DNA of 62,826 nucleotides, filler included, from Perkinsus olseni (Eukaryota): assembly GCA_013115125.1 (NCBI GenBank). It is 10 parts of 10 records of this genome, joined end to end, with 100 filler letters (N's around TTAATTAATTAA, not from the genome) between each part and the next. Parts side by side here need not be neighbours in the genome. Positions count along the whole stretch, not along the records: positions 1 to 6,274 come from JABANN010001111.1; positions 6,375 to 12,638 come from JABANN010001112.1; 8 more parts are not named here. One strand, written 5' to 3'. A program made the translations under genes and the position numbers. Below, in pieces: positions 1 through 9,877 of this stretch (position 1 is the stretch's first letter; every line of letters begins with the position of its first letter). A model generated the notes under the pieces. The model was given only the letters and a program-made list of their open reading frames with translations, was not told the DNA's origin and did not search any database.

Positions 1-959
1 GTACGTGTAAGATATTGGGTGTACTGGACTTGGACGTCTGTTTCTATGTTTTACCTCCCGGCCGGGAACCGTCCTCCCGGTCTGGTCCGACTAAGGACGA
101 GGTAGTTCCGGGGCCGGTTTCAAACACCGGCAAATGAGCGGGACGGGATAAGTGCGAAACTCCCGTTTTCGATCTTCTGAAGGTTTTCCCTCTCGCTCCC
201 GTCCCGTGGCGGGAGAGCGAGTCCCGCCCGAGTCCCGCACTTCTCGCTGCGCTGAATCGCAGCTATTTTATTTATTTCGGATATTTTGCGCTTTTATCCC
301 GATATTCTAGAGCGTCGTCCAGACCATACCTGATTTTGCATGGTTCATCGCTGTGGCGTCGTGTCGCGTGTGCAGTTACTGCACGGACCGCAATAATACT
401 GCACTGCAGTATTATTGCGGTCCGTGCGGTTGTCGTGGTACCCTGTGGCCCACAGGCTGTGCGGTCTGCATGATCTCACAGGGATTTCGACTATCGCGGC
501 GGTCAGCTGAAACACAATCCCATGAGAAATTGTCGCGTACACCCCTCAGGCGTCGTCCAGACCATACCTGATTTTGCATTGTTTATCGTTGTGGCGTCGT
601 GCCGCGTGCGCAGTACTACGTTCTGTGCGGTTGTCGTTCTACCCTGTGAGGCCTGTATGTAGTCACAGGGATTTCGACTCTCGCGGCGGTAAGATGAAGC
701 AAAATCCCACGAAAAATTGTCGTTTACTCCCCTGCATCGTCGTCCAGACCATACCTTATTTTGCGTGGTTTCTCGCTGTGGCGCGTGCGCAGTACTGCGT
801 TCTGTGCGGTTGTCGTTCTACCCTGTGAGGCCTGTATGTAATCACAGGGATTTCGACTCTCGCGGCGGTAAGATGGAGCAAAATCCCACGAGAAATTGTC
901 GTTTACGCCCCTGCAGCGTCGTCCAGACCATACCTGATGTTGCGTGGTTGCTCGCTGTG

Positions 960-1117
960 TGTTAGGGTTCCGTCCATACTAGCAACGCGACAGGGGCGTA
1001 AATGTAGGTGTGCTGCACTTAGGATCTACTTATAGGCTATAATGCAGGGTATCGATCACGCTATGGGCGTCGGCGCAATATACAGACAACGGAGCGGAGA
1101 TAGGGAGATTCCTTACA
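960..1117 (-). repeat. 3' LTR (158 bp)
   Basis: Direct repeat of 5746-5903 with TG...CA termini; adjacent to the PPT. Confidence 0.95.
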
Positions 1118-1256
1118 CGTCCCCCCTCCCCTAAAGCCAACAACAGCCTTGTAGATGCAGCAAAAAATAGAAGTGATTAGCAAATATTGGTGGTAGCTAA
1201 CTGGTATGAATAATGCTGGTAGCAGTGAATCGTAGCAAAGCGAAATGAGATTGATA

Positions 1257-3362
1257 TCAGAAATGCTGAATAAGTTGAGATATTGGGTAAGCTTTCAGAC
1301 GATCTTGCTTGACGTCGATAGGAGGCGACGTAGAGCCCAGTCTTCGGATACGAAACGTACCAGGACGGACTTCGGACAGTACTTCATAAGAGCCTTCATA
1401 TCGTGGTTCTAATTTTAGAGGTTGCTCGACCCTGCGAGCAACGACCGTGCCAGCCGGAAATAGGCAAATATGATCAGCAGGGAAAGATGAGCCATCAATA
1501 TGCACAGTATCATCAAAGAAGGGACAGCGGGGAATAATGTTGAGCAGCATAGAGTATGGTGATTGACCAGTTGTGGAGTTCTTGGTAGCATTCATACGAT
1601 AAACCACAGAGTCAGCATGTTGAACCCAATCCTTGTTGTCGGATAAGTAGAGGCAGGACCTTATACCGTCATGAAAGGTACGGTGTGGTCTTTCTGCAGC
1701 GGAGTTAGACTCCGGAGAATAGATAGCAGTGCGTGCCTCTCGGATACACCTATTGGAACACCACTGAGCAAACCCAGTAGAGAAGGCCTTGTCGTTATCA
1801 TGCATTAATAGTTCAGGATATTGGCCATATGATATCCTCCAGTCTTCAAGTGCTTTGCAAATACTATCTGTAGCTGGGCGTTCCGTTGGGTAAACTCGAA
1901 AGAGACGAGTATACATATCCGATATCGTAACAGCATATGGGTGCTTAGTGTTAGCATAGGGACCAGTAAAGTCAATAGCAAGATAAGAGAGAGGTTTATG
2001 TGGTTGTGGGAGATGTCCAAAGAGCTTCCGGTTATGATACGACTTGCATAGGATACATGAGAGACAGGGATATTTATTGCAGACCTTAGACATTCGCGGG
2101 AACCACCAATGACGAGAAGCCAAGTCATAGAGAGCTTTCTTGCCTGGATGAGCATAGTAGTCATGATATCTCTGTAGCAATAAAGGTTGAAGCGGTGATG
2201 GTACATAAAGACGCTGGGTACCAGCTAGGCGAGCAAGACCGGTTGGGTCCTGAACGATGATACCTTTTAGCAGCAGCTCATCTCGCTCACGACAAGGTTG
2301 TCCAAGGGCTTCTCTAGTAAGGTATAGTGGTGCTTGGTAAGGCCTCGTACAGATCTTCTTCACTACAGGATCAGCATCAGTAGAAGAGATCTGACGTTGA
2401 CGTTTACCGGCAATAGGCTGCAGCGTGGAAGGTATAACAGCTGCTTGTAGAGATACAGTGCCAGCTTCATGTGCTTGTTGTGGAGGTTCACAATCTCGGA
2501 GTTGAATAAGTCGCTTATGAAGGTCATCACGAGTACCAATGCCGGCTAGGTTACTCTTGGTCTCGATGTAGGTAAAGCATATGCAGTTGAGTCGTTCTCC
2601 TAGGAGTTCTTGAAGTAGTCGGAGCTTCTTCTCCATGTAGACTTGCATAGGGCCAGCAGTCGTACGACCATGTTGTAGTATTGAGAGCACAGTCTTGCTA
2701 TCAACAAAGACTTGAATGTCTTTGAACTGAGCGTCCATGCGCATCTCCAGCAATACCATCCTCTGCAACGCTAGCAGAACCATCATCAGCTCCTTGCAGT
2801 TTATATGTAGAGCAACCTCTGAAGAAGTGAAACTGTGTTGGCCACGCAGGATCTCAATGTCATTCTGGAAGAAGCGATAGCATCCACAGTAAGCTCCAGC
2901 ATCGGTAAATATCTTGACTGGCAGAGCAACATTGATGTGACGTTGAATGGTAGGCGGAGTGGCATTCTTGAAGGTATCATGGAACTCTCGCAACAGGCTC
3001 AGCAAGAATGGTGGAAGTTCAGCATCCCAAGAAGTCAGCTGATGACGACATTTAGCTACTAGTGACTGCAGTAGATTGCGGGTGGGCAGCAAGAAGAAGG
3101 GTAAGACCTCGGGCAGGGTCATGATTTTTCCCAGCAGTGTGAGGGCATCACGTAGTGTGGGGTTGTTAGGGAGCTCGAAGTTGGAGAACTTTTCCCAGCC
3201 TCGCAGGCTGTAACGGAGAGCACAGCCGTGCTCAACAGTCTCAAGGCCTAGGAAAGGAGCAACTTGGACGGTAGATACATCAACGAGCGTAGTCGGGAAG
3301 TGGTACTTCTCGAATAGTCGCTGTAGTTGTTGAGGGTCTGGATGATCTGTTGCTATGTTCAT
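1257..3362 (-). CDS. C-terminal RT - RNase H - integrase (continuation of the polyprotein after a 1-nt frameshift)
   Basis: RNase H motifs IFTDAG, HINCKEL, VFVDSKTV and SNLAGIGTR. Integrase HHCC (HDYYAH...CILC), DDE (AIDFTGP, HDND, SAAERPH) and a GPY/F-like KLEPRYEGSYEV. Confidence 0.9.
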   Translation of the reverse strand: MNIATDHPDPQQLQRLFEKYHFPTTLVDVSTVQVAPFLGLETVEHGCALRYSLRGWEKFSNFELPNNPTLRDALTLLGKIMTLPEVLPFFLLPTRNLLQSLVAKCRHQLTSWDAELPPFLLSLLREFHDTFKNATPPTIQRHINVALPVKIFTDAGAYCGCYRFFQNDIEILRGQHSFTSSEVALHINCKELMMVLLALQRMVLLEMRMDAQFKDIQVFVDSKTVLSILQHGRTTAGPMQVYMEKKLRLLQELLGERLNCICFTYIETKSNLAGIGTRDDLHKRLIQLRDCEPPQQAHEAGTVSLQAAVIPSTLQPIAGKRQRQISSTDADPVVKKICTRPYQAPLYLTREALGQPCRERDELLLKGIIVQDPTGLARLAGTQRLYVPSPLQPLLLQRYHDYYAHPGKKALYDLASRHWWFPRMSKVCNKYPCLSCILCKSYHNRKLFGHLPQPHKPLSYLAIDFTGPYANTKHPYAVTISDMYTRLFRVYPTERPATDSICKALEDWRISYGQYPELLMHDNDKAFSTGFAQWCSNRCIREARTAIYSPESNSAAERPHRTFHDGIRSCLYLSDNKDWVQHADSVVYRMNATKNSTTGQSPYSMLLNIIPRCPFFDDTVHIDGSSFPADHICLFPAGTVVARRVEQPLKLEPRYEGSYEVLSEVRPGTFRIRRLGSTSPPIDVKQDRLKAYPISQLIQHF

Positions 3363-5763
3363 CCATATAATATTTTATATTGTAGGGCGACCTCGCTATG
3401 GTGCAGATGTGGGACATGCATGCAAGTAGTACAAATGGCGCGAAGTTCGGCCCATAAGGCAGGTTGCAGAAGTAATATCGGTGGCCACATATGAATACCG
3501 TCATCAACCTCCGAAGGTGAATGCCCGTCTTGATGCGGAAGAACGCATCCGATACATCCATCAACTGCAAGGTACCATATCCTCGGGTAGCATCGAGGAT
3601 AGAGTAGAGTGGGTCTTGCCGGACTGGACAATTCTTGAGTAGCTGCTTAGTCTCCTTGTTGAAGTTCCTGAAGGGGAAGACAGGTCTAGCACGCTTCGCT
3701 CCTCTAACACCGTAGTATGTAGTGGTCAGGTATTCGTAGCCGTCGTCGTCGCCATTGCCTGGGACTGGACGCAAACATCCTCGTTGGATGAGGCCTTCAA
3801 GGCGAGTACGGGTTTCATCGAACAAGGTAGGATCAGAAGGATCGGGCTTGTTCAGGGGATGTTGCTGTGACAACTTCTTCGGGCAAGGCTTCTTAACAGG
3901 GACGCTCTCGGGCTTGATATCAACGGTGAAGACTCTAGTCTCCGGATCGTCGGGGTCAGCCTCGACAGTGATAATGAAGCTCGGTGTCTCCATGACGACT
4001 GTAGTCTTCCGAGAAGGGGGTTCTTCATTAAGGCTTCTGATCTCGGCATTATCGAGCCGTTGTTGATCTTTCTCGGAAGTATCTGAAGCCTGGAAGGCAG
4101 ATGATGAATAAGAAGCTGATGTAGGACTTAGCTCTGCAGTTGGGCCCACTACACCACAGGTAGTTTGAGGCTGCACAGGGCGGAATCCATCGGAGAGTAC
4201 CAGCTTCTGAGTGATAGGGTTGTAGTTGAACCCCTTGGCTTGCTGTAAGTCGGAGCCAAAGACGAATTGGAAAGGTTCGGGTAGGCGAGGAGAGACCAGA
4301 AAGGTAGTATTGATCTCGGTGTCAACCTCGTCAGCGAGCCGCCATGTAAGTGTGACAGTTGCATGGTACATAATGCAGTCGCCGTTCATGATGTAGGCGA
4401 TGTAGGGTACGTCGAGATACTTCAAAGGTAGGCCAAGCTCAGCAACAAGGTTATGAGATATCATACTTTCACAGCTGCCTGTGTCAATGAGCGCAACATA
4501 CTCCTTCGTTGGGTCGCCTTCCTGTGTTGGCACTGTGACTAGGCAGTGAGAAGTCTTCCGTAGATTTAGCTGTGCCATGGAAGTGGTTACAGCCTGAGGG
4601 TTGGGCATTGTAGTCGTGGTAGCCGTGGTAGCTGTCGAAGTGGCAGCAGGAGCCGTAGTAGCATTAGCTGTAGCTTGCTGTGAAGCTGCATGGGAGTACT
4701 TACATTTGTCACCAAAAATACAGTTCCCAGCCCTGAACTTCCTGCAAACTTCCTGAGTGGTGGCAGCGGGAAAAGTGGCTGGGGGTATCGGTGTAGCAGT
4801 AGATGATGTCGTATGTAAAAATTTGCACCGTGTGCCATAGGTACAGCGTCCTTGAAGGTTCAAGCGACATACTGTCGTCGGTAAGTGATCGGAGGGAACA
4901 CTTTGGGTTGTAAGTTTACGACCGCTTGACTCTTCATACGACGTACACCAATCTACCATGACATGCAAGGGAGTAGTGGCTTGTGGGTGTACTTGAAGAA
5001 GTGGTTGTCGCAGCCAGTTGGGGAGGCCATCTAGGAAAGCTCGGCGTAATGCAGTTAGTGGTATTTCATGGTTCAGATAGCGTGCATGCTGCTGTAAGTT
5101 TACAATAGTATCATGCAGGGCTTCGACGTTAACGAAGCTGATATGATTGATATCTCGGAGCTGAGCATAGATCTTGTCAACGTTGTTGGTGATAGACCAA
5201 CGGTTGTTGAACCAAAGCTCTGCTGCCTGGAGACGGTCCAGAGTTGTAGCATCAGATGCAATGTTCTTAGAGAGATAATTGTCAAGCTCCCGGGCTTGGC
5301 TTTGCTGCAAGCAGACGGCGGTTAGGTACCTCCAAGTGTCCATCTCGCTAAGTGCTGCTAGTCGAGCTGACTCGGCCACTCTATAGAGGAAGGCTGTAGC
5401 CGGACGCTTATCAGAAGTGCCTTGCCACACCTTTCCATCTGGTGGTTGGAGGCGTAGAACTCCTGCCAAGGATTTGGCGTCTTCAGAAGTGCTGGTTATG
5501 GCCGCAGATGCTAGAATGGATGGTGTAGTCGACTCCGACGAGTAGACCGAAGAAGGGCGGTGACGAGCCTCTTTAGCTTGCTTAAGGAGGCGATGGCAAT
5601 CTACTTTATGTTGCAATGTAGCGTCGTCGGGGAGAGCTTTCTCGATATCTTTGACGCTGACGAACTCCAAGTCAGAGACGTCCTTGAGCTTTAGGATTGC
5701 GAGAAGTGTACCGTAGGGTCCAAGGCCAACGGGTTCTTTACCAGCTGTTAGGGTTCCGTCCAT
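3280..5763 (-). CDS. Gag (two CCCH zinc fingers) - aspartic protease - N-terminal RT
   Basis: Two C-x7-C-x5-C-x3-H motifs; protease ALIDTGS; RT motifs LMDVSDAFFRI, LPYGPNFAP and YYMD, followed by a frameshift. Confidence 0.9.
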   Translation of the reverse strand: MDGTLTAGKEPVGLGPYGTLLAILKLKDVSDLEFVSVKDIEKALPDDATLQHKVDCHRLLKQAKEARHRPSSVYSSESTTPSILASAAITSTSEDAKSLAGVLRLQPPDGKVWQGTSDKRPATAFLYRVAESARLAALSEMDTWRYLTAVCLQQSQARELDNYLSKNIASDATTLDRLQAAELWFNNRWSITNNVDKIYAQLRDINHISFVNVEALHDTIVNLQQHARYLNHEIPLTALRRAFLDGLPNWLRQPLLQVHPQATTPLHVMVDWCTSYEESSGRKLTTQSVPSDHLPTTVCRLNLQGRCTYGTRCKFLHTTSSTATPIPPATFPAATTQEVCRKFRAGNCIFGDKCKYSHAASQQATANATTAPAATSTATTATTTTMPNPQAVTTSMAQLNLRKTSHCLVTVPTQEGDPTKEYVALIDTGSCESMISHNLVAELGLPLKYLDVPYIAYIMNGDCIMYHATVTLTWRLADEVDTEINTTFLVSPRLPEPFQFVFGSDLQQAKGFNYNPITQKLVLSDGFRPVQPQTTCGVVGPTAELSPTSASYSSSAFQASDTSEKDQQRLDNAEIRSLNEEPPSRKTTVVMETPSFIITVEADPDDPETRVFTVDIKPESVPVKKPCPKKLSQQHPLNKPDPSDPTLFDETRTRLEGLIQRGCLRPVPGNGDDDGYEYLTTTYYGVRGAKRARPVFPFRNFNKETKQLLKNCPVRQDPLYSILDATRGYGTLQLMDVSDAFFRIKTGIHLRRLMTVFICGHRYYFCNLPYGPNFAPFVLLACMSHICTIARSPYNIKYYMDEHSNRSSRPSTTTATIREVPLPDYAR

Positions 5764-5903
5764 ACTAGCAACGCGACAGGGGCGTAAATGTAGGTGTGCT
5801 GCACTTAGGATCTACTTATAGGCTATAATGCAGGGTATCGATCACGCTATGAGCGTCGGCGCAATATACAGGCAACGGAGCGGAGATAGGGAGATCCCTT
5901 ACA
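5746..5903 (-). repeat. 5' LTR (158 bp)
   Basis: Direct repeat of 960-1117; followed on the minus strand by a TGG PBS-like sequence; contains the ORF ATG at 5763. Confidence 0.95.
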
Positions 5904-6274
5904 CTGTGGCGCGTGCGCAGTACTGCGTTCTGTGCGGTTGCCGTTCTACCCTGTGAGGCCTGTATGTAGTCACAGGGATTTCGACTTTTGCGGCGGTAAG
6001 ATGAAGCAAAATCCCACGAAAAATTGTCGTTTACTTCGCTGCAGCGTCGTCCAGACCATACCTGATTTTGCGTGGTTTCTCGCTGTGGCGCGTGCGCAGT
6101 ACTGCGTTCTGTGCGGTTGTCGTTCTCCCCTGTGAGGCCTGCATGTAGTCACAGGGATTTCGACTCTCGCGGCGGTAAGGCGAAGCAAAATCTCACGAGA
6201 GATTGCCGTTTACTTCCCTGCAGCGTCGTCCAGAATGTAGTAACAGGGATTTCGACTCTCGCGGTGGTAAGATG

Positions 6275-6374
6275 NNNNNNNNNNNNNNNNNNNNNNNNNN
6301 NNNNNNNNNNNNNNNNNNTTAATTAATTAANNNNNNNNNNNNNNNNNNNNNNNNNNNNNNNNNNNNNNNNNNNN
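6275..6374. other. Artificial scaffold linker; further copies at 12639-12738, 18944-19043, 25240-25339, 31524-31623, 37805-37904, 44070-44169, 50330-50429 and 56582-56681
   Basis: An identical 44N-TTAATTAATTAA-44N block (stops in all six frames) occurs nine times, separating pieces of monotonically decreasing length. Confidence 0.98.
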
Positions 6375-6446
6375 CGGGTACGGAGCCGTACTCGTACCCG
6401 TACCGTACTTCGTACTAGACCGTACCCGTACTGTCGCCCACCTCTA
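6375..6446. mobile_element. Probable terminus of a hAT-like DNA transposon
   Basis: The minus strand reads TAGAGGTGGGCGACAGTACGGGTACGG..., a hAT-like terminus followed by clustered (C)CGTAC subterminal repeats; truncated by the scaffold end. Confidence 0.5.
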
Positions 6447-8651
6447 TCCCAAAGGCGAATACAGATATCAGATAATACTTGAGCTGCTGCTGACGAGTTG
6501 GCGGACGGGCCAACTGTAATCCACAAAAGAATCCACGAAAGACTCTACTGCCGTGCAAAGAACACCAAAAGCCTGTTCTTACAGATCGATCCTTAGACGC
6601 ATGCACACGTAAGCTACGCTTAAGCAATCTGCGCGCGCCACAAACTGTCTACTTCGCACAGGCAGGGCCTCACGATCAACCATCAAAGTGAGCTAATGAC
6701 AGCCGAACGGAGTCGATTTACACACAGCCAAGTCTTGGAGCTACAACAGCTAAGGGGCCTCGCCAGACAGGGAAAAAGAGGGTGCAGAAACTCCTACCAC
6801 AAAAGGCCGTTGTGTGCAGAGCACCAGCAGCACAGTCTCTCTCCACTACAACTCGGTGTGCAGTTTACTCCAATCTGACGATTACGCGACTCAGGTGAAA
6901 GTTCCAGAGATGCTGGTCATCCCTTAGCGTGACGAAAAATGCACTTAGTTGAAGGCAAAGGGACTTCCGGTCAGCGGAAGGGTCAGTGGGCACAGAAGAG
7001 GAGACAAATGTAGTTAGCCAAACTGGGGCTGATAATCGTTGGAGAGGTAGTCGTTACTGACGACTCGTCAGTTGAGCCCGACTTTGGTATGTGAAGAAGA
7101 CTGGCTGAGTGGCTCCCTTCACATGTATCAATCTGATTGCCGCATGCACGCATGATGTACGCATGCACAATGCGTACATATCGGCTGCGAGTTGAAGACC
7201 TCCAACAGTCGGAGGTGTTAAAATAAGGATGACGATAGTACCCTAATGGCTACTATTACTAGTGCACTGTCTACATAAAACAATGGAGCTGTGCTTATAC
7301 AGTATCAGTATCACAGTATGTAGTAAGAGTCATACTAGCTTCGCATTTTCACTCCATTCTCTCAAGTATTCCACTTACTATCTGCTCTAGTATCTCGTTC
7401 ACTATGAGCCCAATAGGTGTGGGCCACACCTACCGATCTCACACCGTCTGAGAACGAGCCTCAGTGTGAGGTCACACTGCGACTGCCGTCGTGACAGTCA
7501 CGTGACATGGTCACGTGATTTAGCTATTGAAAGTGAAGTTAGGAACTTCGGGTGTGAAGTTAGGGTTGTGTAAGAGACCAGTAGTTTCGGGCGAGCTTCA
7601 CAGTGACCTTCGCTAGGTGCAAAAGTCATTGGAAAAGTGAATTTACCTACAGCCCTCCAAATAAATTTGGAATATCGTGATTTTCTCGCCGCCAGCTCCA
7701 ACTGGGACGAGTTACGAAACGAAATGCATAGAGATACCTTTTAGGACCCTATCGAGTATAACCCCAAAGTTTCAGACCACAACTCTTAATGGGTGCCGAG
7801 ATCTCGGAGGGTCCCTCGAAAAATGTGCCAAATAATTTTGGAATACGCGGCTTAAAATTTGGGGGGAAATACCAGGTTTTACTCAGTAAGTACCTCAAGT
7901 ATTAATCTTCCGGTTCATTGCAGCACACCGATGGAAAGAGCGTCTTTCCAGTACCTATCCACCTAACTTTCATCACGATTCTCTGAGTTGTCTACTTGAG
8001 ATTCGTCTTCGTGGAACAAAATCTCAGAAACGCGGCATATTTGGCTGTGAAAGGCCTATATTAGCGGGTTCTTGCAGTCAAGGCCGCCCACAACACTCTG
8101 GCTTTCGATGACCGTGACGAAAGTTAGGACGTTATTTAACAAGGGAAACGTACAAGTCCACAAAACATCAGAGAAGTTGACCAGTAACAAACATCACTAA
8201 TAACAGCTACGCAGCCCTACTACACCACCTACAGCTTCATCATAATCAACTCACTCTGCTCAGCTGGGCATGACCTGATGCCAGCAAGCGAAGATATTCA
8301 GAAACGCCCCCTTGCTTTCTGGCGGTCTTTCAATTGCAACTAATTACTACTACCACAGCAGAACAGAGGCCGAAGCAGACAAGATCAGAAACAGTTGAGG
8401 ACGTTTGCTCATCAGAAGTCCTCGTCAAGCGAGAACTCCGCTCCGTGGTCCGAGGAGTCACCACCGGATGCTGCAGACGCCATGATACCATGCTTCTGAG
8501 ATTCACCTAATAATGAAGATGGAACGATTGAGGAAAAGCTGACTGCCGCTTTATCTCAAAAAAACGAGGGGACTATGCCACGTGACAGCAGCAGGTAGGA
8601 CTCACGGGTCAGTATCCGAGTGCCGCTTCGAGCCCCAGCTACTGCTGCTGT

Positions 8652-9000
8652 GTGGCATGGTGGCCTCACCCTTTCGTATCGGGCAGTATCAGCGTAATCG
8701 CAGCAGTGTATATCACGGCAGCGATGCTGACTTTGCCTGACCACATATTTGGCACTGAGCGTTACAAACTCAAGCCAGGTGAGAAGCCGGAAGCTCGCCT
8801 TATCACTTCCTTCCCGTACAATATAGTGCGTCATCCGGCTGGTGCTGGTTTCCTGTGGCTCCTATGGAGTTTCCCCTCTTATACGGTGAATCACATTACG
8901 CTGAGTGTCTTGTGGACCCGTATGTGGTGCCTGCGACACTACTACTGGAAGAGAGCCTCTCTTAGAGAGGAGTTTGAAGGGACCCCAAGGGGAATTTGGT
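8652..9000 (+). pseudogene. ICMT/PEMT-superfamily membrane methyltransferase fragment (nurim/MddA-like), frameshifted
   Basis: YNIVRHPAGAGFLWLLWSFPSYTVNHITLSVLWT, then YVVPATLLLEES and LREEFEG in shifted frames. This matches the Y..VRHP...W..P..T..H...EE..L...F pattern. Confidence 0.55.
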
Positions 9001-9483
9001 GCTGCTTATGACCGTTACGCGCTGGACCGTCCAGCCTGGACGTGAGTGCTTTCGTACCAGGCAAAGCACTGCTGAGGCTGGGCCGCCGATGAGCTCTCTA
9101 TGAGGTAGTCTTTTTCGATTCTCTGGTACGTATTGTACCATGCATTCCTCTCGTCTGTCCTCATTATTTCAGTTTCACCTTTCCGACAGCAATGTACTCT
9201 CGCTGTTGTGTTAGCGCGAGGTTGCTGCGTCGGCTCGACGCCGTCGAGGTCTGAGGCACGAGAAGATACGCGGGGATCGATCATATTCCATCCTTTATGT
9301 GTTTCAGCTCGAGATATCGGCTTTATGAAAGGTGCATCACTATTCATGATGCACCTCGTATCTCTCGTTATACCAAGTATGAAACATCGCCGTGACAGCG
9401 GCGATCCGCCATCACGCCGCTGTGACAGCGGGCCGCTGTGACAGCGGCGTTCCACCGGCGAGAAATCAGTCTTTGATGATGAA

Positions 9484-9724
9484 AATCAGGCCAGAGAGGC
9501 TCAANNNNNNNNNNNNNNNNNNNNNNNNNNNNNNNNNNNNNNNNNNNNNNNNNNNNNNNNNNNNNNNNNNNNNNNNNNNNNNNNNNNNNNNNNNNNNNNN
9601 NCAATATCATAGTAAATTTGACGCTAGAGCTAATCAGGCCAGAGAGGCTCAATATCATAGTAAATTTGACGCTAGAGCTAATCAGGCCAGAGAGGCTCAA
9701 TATCATAGTAAATTTGACGCTAGA
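9484..9724. repeat. 48-bp minisatellite spanning an assembly gap
   Basis: Unit CAATATCATAGTAAATTTGACGCTAGAGCTAATCAGGCCAGAGAGGCT repeated without spacers on both sides of the N gap at 9505-9601. Confidence 0.9.
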
Positions 9725-9877
9725 ATTTCATAGGTCCACGAGATGTGCAGCCAGAGTTACAACCCGAAAGGGCCTACGAGGAGCCCCTCCGCTCAGCCGC
9801 GACTTCTCACCCGACTGTCCAGCTCTCCCTGCATGGGCATGGCGGCCTTGCGACCTTCGACCCTTCGAAAATTTCGA

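Larger units (their letters stand above)
960..5903 (-). mobile_element. Full-length LTR retrotransposon, domain order gag-PR-RT-RH-IN
   Basis: Two 158-bp LTRs (960-1117 and 5746-5903; TGTTAGGG...CCTTACA on +) differ at 3 positions. The TSD CTGTG is at 955-959 and 5904-5908. A polypurine tract (minus strand GGGGAGGGGGGACG, about 1118-1131) abuts the 3' LTR, and a PBS-like TGGTAAAGAACCCG lies 2 nt inside the 5' LTR. Confidence 0.96.
313..6274. repeat. 179-bp tandem satellite array, interrupted by an LTR retrotransposon
   Basis: The anchor CGTCGTCCAGA recurs at 313, 551, 738, 917, 6045 and 6224. Spacing is 179 bp for 738-917 and 6045-6224, and also for 917-6045 after subtracting the 4944-bp element plus the 5-bp TSD. 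The first two units are longer and more diverged (238 and 187 bp). Confidence 0.92.

Noticed and set aside
3352-3372. Novel YMDE reverse-transcriptase active site
   Set aside because: It is explained by a 1-nt insertion; removing that base restores YMDD and the reading frame.
6319-6330. TTAATTAATTAA motif recurring about every 6.3 kb as a biological repeat, and gene neighbourhoods spanning it
   Set aside because: It is always embedded in 44+44 Ns between size-sorted pieces, so it is an assembly linker. Adjacency across it, such as tRNA-Gly next to the Pao-like element, has no meaning.
9484-9724. CRISPR array or repeat-protein ORF
   Set aside because: It is an identical 48-bp tandem unit without spacers; the ORFs arise only because the period is a multiple of 3.
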